A DNA stretch of 64,000 nt from Candidatus Atribacteria bacterium (GCA_029556475.1 JAKQEP010000007.1:1274-65273), one strand, 5' to 3'; positions 38,351 to 47,046 are shown, counted from the first letter of the stretch. A program made the numbers and translations. The notes: generated by a model not told the origin, from the sequence alone.

Positions 38351-38427
38351 TGGTAGGCGGAACAGGACTTGAACCTGTGACCCCCTACATGTGAAGCAGG
38401 TGCTCTGCCGACTGAGCTATCCGCCCA
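38351..38427 (-). tRNA. tRNA-Val (anticodon CAC), CCA encoded
   Basis: Acceptor GGGCGGA/TCCGCCT (G1-U72), D arm GCTC-AGTCGGCA-GAGC, anticodon arm CCTGC-TTCACAT-GTAGG, T arm ACAGG-TTCAAGT-CCTGT. My hand fold gives 77 nt, with one extra nucleotide between the D and anticodon stems. This needs tRNAscan confirmation. Confidence 0.75.
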
Positions 38428-38436
38428 TAATAAAAT

Positions 38437-38580
38437 GGTTATTAGTATTTAGTCGTTTGTCGTAGTATTTGGTATTAAAGTTTTTGGTTTATAGTTCTTA
38501 GTTTTTGGTCAAACATTCATAGCATTAAAGGATATCCTCTTTATTCTTCATTAAAAACTTAAAACAATGAACTAAAAACC
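38437..38580. repeat. Heptamer array (11 phased units, 38437-38513) and an inverted partner array (38549-38580) between tRNA-Val and tRNA-Glu
   Basis: tggttat tagtatt tagtcgt ttgtcgt agtattt ggtatta aagtttt tggttta tagttct tagtttt tggtcaa. The opposite-orientation run is ttaaaaacttaaaacaatgaactaaaaacc. Confidence 0.85.
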
Positions 38581-38609
38581 TTATTGCCTACAATTATTCT
38601 AAAATAAAT

Positions 38610-38685
38610 GGTGCCTCCAAGGGGATTTGAACCCCTGCCGCCGCCGTGAAAGGGCGGTGTCCTTAACCCCTAGACGATGGAGGCA
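38610..38685 (-). tRNA. tRNA-Glu (anticodon UUC), CCA encoded
   Basis: Acceptor GCCTCCA/TGGAGGC, anticodon arm CCGCC-CTTTCAC-GGCGG, T arm AGGGG-TTCAAAT-CCCCT. 76 nt. Confidence 0.9.
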
Positions 38686-38691
38686 ATGATT

Positions 38692-38767
38692 GGTAGGCCG
38701 TGCAGGCCTCGAACCTGCGACCCTCTGATTAAGAGTCAGATGCTCTACCTACTGAGCTAACGGCCCG
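38692..38767 (-). tRNA. tRNA-Lys (anticodon CUU), CCA encoded
   Basis: Acceptor GGGCCGT/ACGGCCT (G1-U72), anticodon arm TCTGA-CTCTTAA-TCAGA, T arm GCAGG-TTCGAGG-CCTGC. 76 nt. It lies 6 nt upstream of tRNA-Glu. Confidence 0.9.
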
Positions 38768-38805
38768 CAAATATGACTCAAATGCCTTTTTTGATTGCTT
38801 TTCAA

Positions 38806-38834
38806 TGTTACAATATTTTATAAAAAGTGTCAAC
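38806..38834 (-). promoter_or_regulatory. Candidate promoter of the tRNA Lys-Glu-Val cluster
   Basis: On the minus strand: TTGACA (38834-38829), a 17-nt spacer, then TAACAT (38811-38806). It ends about 38 nt before the tRNA-Lys 5-prime end. Confidence 0.4.
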
Positions 38835-38877
38835 GATAAATTCAGAAAAAAAATTACTAAAATAGCCTTTATCCATT

Positions 38878-40215
38878 TTACTCATCTTCTTCCAGAATTC
38901 TGGCTAAATTCTCAAAGCGGGTATACTCTTTTAAAAAGGCCAATTCTAAAGTACCGGTAGGTCCATTTCTTTGTTTGCCAATGGTTACCTCGGCAATTCC
39001 TTTTTTACTGCTTTTTGGTTTATAGTATTCTTCCCGGTAAATAAAAACTACTACATCAGCATCCTGCTCCAAAGCTCCACTCTCTCTTAAATCTGAAAGA
39101 CGGGGACGTTGATTGGAGCGCTGTTCCACTGCTCTGGATAACTGTGACACTGCTACTACGGGAATATTCAATTCCCGGGCAAGCCCTTTTAAGGAACGGG
39201 ATATTTGGGATATCTCCTGCTGACGATTTTCTACCCTTAGTCCAGTTTGTATTAGCTGGAGATAATCAATCAATATGAGCCCTAAATCGTATTTAGCTTT
39301 TAATCTTCTAGCCTTCGCCTTGATTTCCAAAGGGGATATACCGGCAGAATCATCAATAAAGATGGGGGCAGCAGATAATCTTCCGGCAGCCATAGACAGC
39401 TTTGGCCAATCTTCTTCCGGCATTGTTCCCCGGCGTAAAGCATGGGTATCAATACGAGCTTCAGAACAGAGCATTCTCTGAACAATCTGAGATTTTGACA
39501 TCTCTAAACTGAAGATAGCTACTGGTATTTTATGCTGCATTGCCGCAAATTGAGCAATATTCATACAAAAAGCGGTTTTCCCCATAGATGGTCTTCCGGC
39601 AACAATGATTAATTCAGATGGCTGGAAACCGGTAGTCAACTCATCCAATTTTGCAAAACCAGTAGGCACCCCGGTAATAAAATTTCCACTATGGTATAAA
39701 TCTTCAATCTTTTCAAAGCTTTCTGTTAGCAAATCTTTAATAGGACTAAAGAAAGTGGAAATCTTCTGTTGAGAAACATCAAAAATCAGGTTTTCCGCCT
39801 TATCAAGCAGCACTCGTGCCTCTTCCTGTTCTTCATAACCCATAGTCACAATTTGTGTAGCATGATTAATCAATTTTCTCAGAATTGCCTTTTCTTCAAC
39901 TATTCTGGCATAATAAATTACATTGGCAGCTGTGGGAACACTGTCCATTAAAGTTGTCAGATAGGAAGCCCCCCCTACATCATCTAATTGCTTTCTTTTT
40001 TTAAGTTCTTCAGTTAGCGTAATCAGATCTACTGCCTGATTTTTTTCAAATAAGTCCAAAGCACATTGATAAATAAGTTGGTGAGCAGTTTTATAAAAAT
40101 CTTCCCAGTGTAATATTTCTACACAATTTAATATAGAATCTTTCTCCAGAAGAATAGAACCCAAAGTAGCCTGTTCTGCACTAATATTTTGAGGCGCACT
40201 TCTGGTTAATTCCAT
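38878..40215 (-). CDS. dnaB: Replicative DNA helicase DnaB
   Basis: N-terminal PQNISAEQATLGSIL, Walker A GRPSMGKTAF and RecA-like motifs (SLEMS, LIDYLQL, QLSR). Confidence 0.95.
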   Translation of the reverse strand: MELTRSAPQNISAEQATLGSILLEKDSILNCVEILHWEDFYKTAHQLIYQCALDLFEKNQAVDLITLTEELKKRKQLDDVGGASYLTTLMDSVPTAANVIYYARIVEEKAILRKLINHATQIVTMGYEEQEEARVLLDKAENLIFDVSQQKISTFFSPIKDLLTESFEKIEDLYHSGNFITGVPTGFAKLDELTTGFQPSELIIVAGRPSMGKTAFCMNIAQFAAMQHKIPVAIFSLEMSKSQIVQRMLCSEARIDTHALRRGTMPEEDWPKLSMAAGRLSAAPIFIDDSAGISPLEIKAKARRLKAKYDLGLILIDYLQLIQTGLRVENRQQEISQISRSLKGLARELNIPVVAVSQLSRAVEQRSNQRPRLSDLRESGALEQDADVVVFIYREEYYKPKSSKKGIAEVTIGKQRNGPTGTLELAFLKEYTRFENLARILEEDE

Positions 40216-40278
40216 CTCCTTTTCTCCTTTTCTGGTTAAAAGACCTTTATAGTTCTTGCTCTAATTATTCTATTTTAC

Positions 40279-40773
40279 TTAACCTTTTATCTCTTCACCC
40301 GAGACCTTGTCATCCCTCTTTGTTTCTTCCTCAGGAGCTATTATGACATTTAAACGGGTGGCAACTTCTTTGTGCAGACGAATAGTCACCGGGTAATCTC
40401 CAATTTTTTTCATTGTTTCATTAAACTCAATCTTCTTGCGATCAATCTCTATCTGGTAATTTTCTGCTAAATATTGAGCAATATCCTTATTGGTTATTGA
40501 CCCGAATAACCTTCCATCTTTCCCTGCCTTTGCTTTAAATACAATATTCAGTTGATTAAGCTTAGCTGCCAGCTCTTTGGCTTCCAATAATTCCCGATTT
40601 CTTTTTTCCCATTCTTTTTTCTTAAGATGTTCCATAGATTTTAAATTGCCACTGGAGTGTTCAATAGCAAGGCCTCTGGGAAATAAATAATTTCGGGCAT
40701 ATCCCTTGTTCACCTCAACTACGTCGCCAATATAGCCCAAATTGTCTACATTTCCTTTTAAGATAACTTTCAT
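40279..40773 (-). CDS. rplI: 50S ribosomal protein L9
   Basis: MKVILKGNVDNLGYIGDVVEVNKGYARNYLFPRGLA is canonical for L9. Confidence 0.95.
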   Translation of the reverse strand: MKVILKGNVDNLGYIGDVVEVNKGYARNYLFPRGLAIEHSSGNLKSMEHLKKKEWEKRNRELLEAKELAAKLNQLNIVFKAKAGKDGRLFGSITNKDIAQYLAENYQIEIDRKKIEFNETMKKIGDYPVTIRLHKEVATRLNVIIAPEEETKRDDKVSGEEIKG

Positions 40774-40844
40774 CGGATGTACCTCCCTGAAGTTTGTGAG
40801 AAAACATTTTTCCCTAATATTTCTATTTCTGTATTTATCATTTT

Positions 40845-41813
40845 CTAATCATTTCTCTTTTCTGTAAAAAATAACCTGCGAAAATCAATCCAAACATCGA
40901 GTATTCCAATCCAGGTAACCAATAATGAGAGCAGGGGCTGAATAAAGACAATACCGCAGGTTACCCAGAAGAAAAAAGGTTTAATCTTATAATATTGAAA
41001 AAGATGGGCTATCAAAGCCAAACCAGTAATTAAAAATATTATAGAGAATAATAATTGAATATTCACCCCTATCCTTTGCAATACTGGCAAATTGTATTTT
41101 GTGTTAATAATTAGCAGAAACATTCCCAGCAGATAACTCCAAAAGAAAGAGTGTCCTACCCGCCATTGATGGAATGGGGTAAATGGTTCCATCGAATAAC
41201 CCAATCTTTTCAGTATCCTCTCTGTTACCCAATAATTAATAATCGTATCAAAGACCGAACTAAGTATTAGCATTGCCGGGAAGGCTATTTTAATTAATTC
41301 TAAGGATTGTAAAAGAGAATTTTTATAGGTTTCCAACTGTTCGGGATTAATACCCATATTCTGATAAAAATTCAGGCTTTGATTGATACCCTGGTCAATC
41401 TGTTCCAACCCAAGCAGTAAAGGGTTGACACCCATCAGCCAGAGTCCTATGAACATTAATAGTATTTTGGCAATAAAAGAGGCAAAGCTGCCTATCAAAA
41501 GAATCTCCAGGATGGATAGTTTTTTCTTTATAACTATACCTAAGGTAATTCCCAATATCCCAAAACCCAATACTGCAATTAATCCTTGAAAGGGTCCGGC
41601 TACCAGCGTAACCAAAAAAAAGGAGATAAAAAGTGCCAGCAATGCCACTTTCACATTATGGCGCAAACACAAAATAATTATTGGTAAAGGGCATAAAAAG
41701 CTAATTAAAGTTCCCAGCAAAGGAATATAAAAACTAGCTAAAAAAAGTAACGCTGTGATCGCTGAAAGAAAAGCTCCTTCAACAATTGATTTAGTTGACA
41801 TACGGTCTCTCAA
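40845..41813 (-). CDS. DUF2232/YybS-like polytopic membrane protein
   Basis: About 10 predicted TM segments. It sits between rpsR and rplI, as yybS does in Bacillus. No gdpP-like gene follows. Confidence 0.6.
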   Translation of the reverse strand: MRDRMSTKSIVEGAFLSAITALLFLASFYIPLLGTLISFLCPLPIIILCLRHNVKVALLALFISFFLVTLVAGPFQGLIAVLGFGILGITLGIVIKKKLSILEILLIGSFASFIAKILLMFIGLWLMGVNPLLLGLEQIDQGINQSLNFYQNMGINPEQLETYKNSLLQSLELIKIAFPAMLILSSVFDTIINYWVTERILKRLGYSMEPFTPFHQWRVGHSFFWSYLLGMFLLIINTKYNLPVLQRIGVNIQLLFSIIFLITGLALIAHLFQYYKIKPFFFWVTCGIVFIQPLLSLLVTWIGILDVWIDFRRLFFTEKRND

Positions 41814-41870
41814 TAAACAAACAACCCCTTCTGTACTGCTTCTCCTTTACTGTTATACTTGAAATATTTT

Positions 41871-42107
41871 CTAACGATTGACAAAGGGCAATAGAGCAAT
41901 TTCTCTGGCCCTTTTTATTGCCATAGCTAAAATTCTTTGATGTTTGGCACAATTTCCGGTAACCCTGCGTGGTAAAATCTTTCCCTGATCGCTTATAAAG
42001 CGATTTAAAAGGTCAACATCTTTATAGTCTGCTTCTTTTTTTTCAGCACAAAAGTAGCAAATTTTTTTTCTTACCCGTAATCCTCGATAACTATTTCTTT
42101 TTATCAT
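41871..42107 (-). CDS. rpsR: 30S ribosomal protein S18
   Basis: [42 protein letters not shown] is canonical for S18. Confidence 0.95.
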   Translation of the reverse strand: MIKRNSYRGLRVRKKICYFCAEKKEADYKDVDLLNRFISDQGKILPRRVTGNCAKHQRILAMAIKRAREIALLPFVNR

Positions 42108-42207
42108 TCACCGTTTCCTTCCTGTTTTCAAAATCTTGATTGCTTAAATAATTTCAACATATTACCCAACAGCAAAGTTTTTATGGTATTAAATTTATAT
42201 TAAAAAT

Positions 42208-42537
42208 TTATTTTTTAACTTGCGGTTGCTCTTCGTGGGGTTTAGTGACTTTTTGTGAACCAAGAACCAGAAGATATCTAATTATTTTTTCTTCAAATCT
42301 GATGCTGTTTTCAAGATTGGCAATATTATTTGGTTCCAGTTCAAAATCAATGACTACATATAGGGCTTCTTGAAATTTCTTAATTTCATAAGCTAATTTT
42401 CTTTTGCCCCATTCAGTTATTTTTATTATTTTTCCTTGATTGGTATTTATTGTTTGATGGATTTTTTCCAGTAAGGCTTTTTTTTCTTCGTCCTGAAGAT
42501 TGGGGTCAAATAGAATCACTAATTCGTAATTACGCAT
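42208..42537 (-). CDS. rpsF: 30S ribosomal protein S6
   Basis: MRNYELVILFDPNL...WGKRKLAYEI is canonical for S6. Confidence 0.95.
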   Translation of the reverse strand: MRNYELVILFDPNLQDEEKKALLEKIHQTINTNQGKIIKITEWGKRKLAYEIKKFQEALYVVIDFELEPNNIANLENSIRFEEKIIRYLLVLGSQKVTKPHEEQPQVKK

Positions 42538-42650
42538 TTACTCACCTCCTTTTGGTCTTAATAGCCCCTACCTGCTATTTTAGATAGGAGCAAGGAAAAA
42601 TGCTTTATCATTATAGCATTCTGTTTTTTAGATGGCAAGAATATTATTTA

Positions 42651-42862
42651 AAGTTTTTGGTTTTTGGTAAATAGAAAGAAAAGAGTGTGGGCTAAAGTAG
42701 ATGAGACTGCCGCGCTGCTTCGCAGCGCACAGTGACAAATTAGTTGTGTGTTGTACATCGTTTGTATTAAAAGAGGGAGACAGTATTACATAAAACATCA
42801 AAAGAAATGAGATAGTCATTGGTGATTTGACTATAAACTAAAAACTATGAACTATAAACTAT
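42651..42862. repeat. Repeat element with inverted heptamer arrays flanking a gtggg-box and hairpin module (42700-42739)
   Basis: Left arm agtttttggtttttggt. Core aaaagagtgtgggctaaagtagatgagactgcc-gcgctgcttcgcagcgc-acagtgacaaa. Right arm ctataaactaaaaactatgaactataaact, in inverted orientation. Confidence 0.8.
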
Positions 42863-42878
42863 ATTTATTCTAAAACAT

Positions 42879-43067
42879 TTAATCCCGTTTAATGATAAGT
42901 TTTATCCTTCTTTCAATCTTTGCTCTTGGTACCAATACTTTTCTTCCACAACAAAGACATTTTAATCCAATATCAATTCCTGTTCGGGCAATTTCCCAGT
43001 GATAACCTCCACAGGGGTGTTTCTTTTTTAGTTTGATTATATCTCCTACTCTTAAATCCAGGGGCAT
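42879..43067 (-). CDS. DUF951 (YyzM-like) small zinc-ribbon-like protein
   Basis: 62 aa with HPCGGYHWEI...CLCCGRKV. It sits upstream of rpsF, as in Bacillus. Confidence 0.7.
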   Translation of the reverse strand: MPLDLRVGDIIKLKKKHPCGGYHWEIARTGIDIGLKCLCCGRKVLVPRAKIERRIKLIIKRD

Positions 43068-43083
43068 CTGATATACCTTTTCT

Positions 43084-44367
43084 TTAAACTTCTAATATAG
43101 GAAGAAGCTTATCTTTTTTCATTTTAATATCGCTGGGAGAAAAAGCCACTAATTTTATCTTATGATTTTGAAAGATGCCTTCGGCAAGCTTCCTGATATC
43201 CTCTACCTGAATACTTTCTATCTTTTCTATAATCTCCTTGTAATCATATTCCTTGTTGTACAAGAGAGCATAACTTCCCAGACGAAAAGCATAGCTTAAG
43301 GTGTTTTCCAGCCCTAGCAATAAACCTCCTTTATAAATTTCTTTAGCAATTTTTAACTCAATTTCACTGACTTGGCACTCTTTCATCTTTTTTAATTCAT
43401 CCAAAATTTTCTGGATACTGTGCGATAGCTCATCTGCGATTACTCCAGCATAGATATTTAAAGAGCCGGTTTGGTCAAAATACTGGGAATAGGAATGTAT
43501 GTCATAGGCCAACCCTTCTTTGACACGAATCTCTTGGAATAATCTGGAACCAAGCCCTCCGCCCAAAATTATGTTCAAGAGGTCCATAGTAATTTTATCA
43601 GGATGAAACCTGGAAATACCTTCAAAACCAAAACAGAGGTGAGCTTGTTTGACTTTTTTGCTTATTATTTTTAACTCCGGTACCTTACTTGGCTCTTTCT
43701 CAAAAGAGGATATTTCTCTGGGTATAATGTTACTACCGGGAAAAGAAAACCTTCCCATCATATCGCCAATTATGTCAGAAGAGAAATTCCCGGTGATGGT
43801 AATAACCATATTTTGGGGCTGATACATTTCCTGAAAATAGGGTAACAACAGATTACGGTTAAATCTTTGCACTGTTTGCTTTTCTCCCAGAACATTCTGT
43901 CCCAATACCGAATTTTTCCACATCAGTTTATTTATTAAAAAAGTAATCCAGTCTTCCGGGATATCCTGATATTTGTTAATCTCTTCCAAAATTATCTTTT
44001 TTTCCTGACCTATATCTTCTTCTCTAAAGAGTGAATTATTCAAAATATCTAACAGCACATCAAGCGTTTCTATAAAATTGTTATGCAATACCTTGCTGTA
44101 AAGGAAGGTGCATTCTTCTGAAGTAGAAGCATTTATTTCTCCGCCCAACTGTTCAATAGCCTGGGATATTTCTAAAGTATTCTTCCTCTTTTCAGTGCCT
44201 TTGAAGAGCATATGTTCAATGAAATGAGAAATACCCTGCTCTTCTTTTCTTTCATAGATAGAACCGGCTTTGACTCCTATCACTATGGAGACAGATTGCA
44301 TATGTGGCATAGGGCAAGTAATAAGTCGCAGACCATTAGTCATTCTTATCGATTCAACTTTATTCAT
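43084..44367 (-). CDS. M16-family (pitrilysin/insulinase-like) zinc peptidase
   Basis: Inverted zinc motif HFIEH followed by LFKGT, with a two-domain M16 architecture. Confidence 0.85.
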   Translation of the reverse strand: MNKVESIRMTNGLRLITCPMPHMQSVSIVIGVKAGSIYERKEEQGISHFIEHMLFKGTEKRKNTLEISQAIEQLGGEINASTSEECTFLYSKVLHNNFIETLDVLLDILNNSLFREEDIGQEKKIILEEINKYQDIPEDWITFLINKLMWKNSVLGQNVLGEKQTVQRFNRNLLLPYFQEMYQPQNMVITITGNFSSDIIGDMMGRFSFPGSNIIPREISSFEKEPSKVPELKIISKKVKQAHLCFGFEGISRFHPDKITMDLLNIILGGGLGSRLFQEIRVKEGLAYDIHSYSQYFDQTGSLNIYAGVIADELSHSIQKILDELKKMKECQVSEIELKIAKEIYKGGLLLGLENTLSYAFRLGSYALLYNKEYDYKEIIEKIESIQVEDIRKLAEGIFQNHKIKLVAFSPSDIKMKKDKLLPILEV

Positions 44368-44388
44368 AAATCAGAATTTACTCCTCAT

Positions 44389-45228
44389 TCATTTCTCATA
44401 GTCAGGGGATTTGACGATAAAGACCTCTTCTAATTTGTTAAAGTCAGCATCCGGTTTGATTAAAATTCTTTGAAAAAGGTCATGTTTCTCCTTTTTAATA
44501 ACCACAACCCGCCCAATATTAATTCCTTTTGGAATAGTACTACCCATACCTGAGGTAACCACAACATCATTGAGTTGGACATCAGCATCGTGTGCAACAT
44601 AATCAAGATAACAATAGACACTTTCGGTAGCTCCCTTTATTACCCCCACTTCTCTCGGTCTCTGAACCATAGCACCTACTGAACAGCCCTGATCGATTAA
44701 CAGAAGGACCTCTGAGGTATTTCTTTCCACCTGAATAACTTTTCCCACCAGGCCCTTGTGGGTAGCCACTCCCATATCAATCTCAATACCATCTTTACTC
44801 CCCATATCTACAATTATGCTGTGAAACCAATTGTCTGGTTCCCTGCCAATTACCTGAGCCGGTATCATCTCATAATTATAATATTCTTTAAACTGCACCA
44901 TTTTTGCTATCCGTTCATAGGCAGTCAGCTTTTCTTTAAGAATAGCGTTCTCTTGTAAAAGCTCTTGGTTTTCTTGCTCTAATTTCCCGCTTTTTTCAAT
45001 AATGCTTTCCACATCAGCAAACATCTGATAGTATTTTACAAAATGGCGCTGGGTATTCTGAACAATCTTATTTACTGGTTTTAGTATTAAAAAGCCTGTG
45101 TCTTTCAATAATCCTAAAAACCCCTTACCATGGTAATCAACAGTAATAAGCAAAGCTGATAATAAGGAAAGGAATAAAAACACAGCAAAGGCTTTTCTCT
45201 CTTTAGAAAGCTTTTTCAATAAAAACAC
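44389..45228 (-). CDS. mreC: Rod shape-determining protein MreC
   Basis: N-terminal anchor, coiled coil (LEQENQELLQENAILKEKL) and a beta-rich C-terminal domain. It lies downstream of mreB. No mreD-like ORF follows. Confidence 0.85.
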   Translation of the reverse strand: MFLLKKLSKERKAFAVFLFLSLLSALLITVDYHGKGFLGLLKDTGFLILKPVNKIVQNTQRHFVKYYQMFADVESIIEKSGKLEQENQELLQENAILKEKLTAYERIAKMVQFKEYYNYEMIPAQVIGREPDNWFHSIIVDMGSKDGIEIDMGVATHKGLVGKVIQVERNTSEVLLLIDQGCSVGAMVQRPREVGVIKGATESVYCYLDYVAHDADVQLNDVVVTSGMGSTIPKGINIGRVVVIKKEKHDLFQRILIKPDADFNKLEEVFIVKSPDYEK

Positions 45229-45326
45229 TCCCCACTCCTATTTTAAACTCTGTAAAAATACAATGAACAGTACATCGTACAGAAGTATCTTTGCAAATTA
45301 AAAACACCTTATTTATTATTTTCCCA

Positions 45327-46379
45327 TCACCTGCTCCTGGAAGTCTTTATGAGAACCCTACTATGACTATCAAAGTTTTCCAGTGCTTCTCCTGTTCCTT
45401 TGGCTACACAGTATTGCGGTTCTTTGGACACAAAAACAGGGATTTTTATTTGCTCCTGAATAAATTTATCTAAATCTGACAAAAGAGACCCTCCTCCGGT
45501 CATAATTAACCCTTTATTGATAATATCAGAAATTAATTCAGGAGGGGTCTTCTCTAAAACCAGCTTCACTGTGCTGGCTATTTCCACAACTGAATCATAG
45601 AGAGCTTCTTTTAATTCATTTTTGGTTAGTTCTATTTTAATAGGCAGTCCAGTGAGTCGGTCCCTGCCCCTTGCTTCAAAAGAATCTTCTTTATAATCCT
45701 CTTCACTTATATCGTTTCGTTTAGAAAGAGATATCTTTAACTCTTCCGCAGTTAGATCTCCAATGAAAAGACCACGGTTTTCCTTGACATATTTGATTAT
45801 CTGATGGTTCAAATAATCACCGGCAACCTTAGTTATTTCACTTACCACGATTCCTCCCAAAGAGATAACCGCCACTTCTGAAGTACCTCCGCCAATATCT
45901 ACAATCAGATTGCCCATGGGCTCAAAAACAGGCAATCCGGCACCAATAGCCGCCGCAATGGGTTCTTCAATCAAAAATACTCTTCTCGAACCACATTCAT
46001 AAGCAACTTCAGAAACTGCTCTCTTTTCAACTTCAGAAACACCCGAGGGAACACAAATAGTGATGTAGGGTTTGATAAACTGATAACGGGAAAATATTTG
46101 TTTTATAAAATAGCGGAGCATTTCAGCAGTCACTTCAAAATTGGCAATCACACCATACTGCAATGGACGAATGGTGTAAACACCTTTTGGTGTTCTGCCA
46201 ATCATAAATTTGGCTTCTTTCCCCACTTTTAAAACTCGATTGTCATTTTTTTGATATGCCACTATGGAAGGTTCTTCTAAAATAATTCCCTTTCCTTTAA
46301 CATATATCAGAGTGGTACTGGTGCCAAGGTCTATACCAATGTTGCGGGAAAGTGATAGAGAAAATGAAAGGTTAAACAT
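45327..46379 (-). CDS. mreB: Rod shape-determining protein MreB (actin-like ATPase)
   Basis: IGIDLGTSTTLIYV phosphate-1 motif, DIGGGTSEVAV and MTGGGSLL. Confidence 0.95.
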   Translation of the reverse strand: MFNLSFSLSLSRNIGIDLGTSTTLIYVKGKGIILEEPSIVAYQKNDNRVLKVGKEAKFMIGRTPKGVYTIRPLQYGVIANFEVTAEMLRYFIKQIFSRYQFIKPYITICVPSGVSEVEKRAVSEVAYECGSRRVFLIEEPIAAAIGAGLPVFEPMGNLIVDIGGGTSEVAVISLGGIVVSEITKVAGDYLNHQIIKYVKENRGLFIGDLTAEELKISLSKRNDISEEDYKEDSFEARGRDRLTGLPIKIELTKNELKEALYDSVVEIASTVKLVLEKTPPELISDIINKGLIMTGGGSLLSDLDKFIQEQIKIPVFVSKEPQYCVAKGTGEALENFDSHSRVLIKTSRSR

Positions 46380-46521
46380 TTATTGAGCCCCTTTTGGTTA
46401 ATATTTTTTGAATTATAAGGATTTTTTAATATTTCCGTATTTAAAGAATATAGAATATATGATATCATTTTTGTGAAATTGTAAAAATATTAAATTTTTT
46501 ACATTAAGTAATTCTCTGTAT

Positions 46522-47046
46522 TCAGTAATATCTTTTTACTTCAAATCTTTCAATGAAAAAATCTTCGTCTGTATATATCCCTGCTTTTTGCCTGGCGATA
46601 TCTATCTGCTGTTCTGCACTATCTACTCCTTCCAGGTCAGGCAACAAAAGACCTTTCTTATAACCTGAACTGACTATCACCCCGTACTTCCTGGGGTCGA
46701 GCTGGCTGATATCTTTCACTTTTTCCGGAGCAGTAAGAATATCAACTGATATGGACAGGCTTTCCACTTCATCCAGAGTAACCGGACAAAACCTGGGGTC
46801 ACGTATAGCTGCACTTACAGCATTTTCTATAATCTCCAAAGCAGTATTACTCTTTGTGGGAAGGAAGGTACCAATGCAGCCCCTCAGTCTTCCTTCTTTT
46901 TTTAAAGAAACGAATACCCCTGCTTGCTTCCCCATCAATTCTTTGGGCAGATCGGCAGGAAGAGGAAGTTTTTTTCTGTTTTGCAAATAATAGATAATGC
47001 TTCTTTTAGCCAATACTACCGGGGGACTCTCGTTTTTGTGACTCAT
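46522..47046 (-). CDS. AMMECR1 domain protein
   Basis: LRGCIGTF core motif and the DPRF motif. 174 aa. Confidence 0.8.
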   Translation of the reverse strand: MSHKNESPPVVLAKRSIIYYLQNRKKLPLPADLPKELMGKQAGVFVSLKKEGRLRGCIGTFLPTKSNTALEIIENAVSAAIRDPRFCPVTLDEVESLSISVDILTAPEKVKDISQLDPRKYGVIVSSGYKKGLLLPDLEGVDSAEQQIDIARQKAGIYTDEDFFIERFEVKRYY

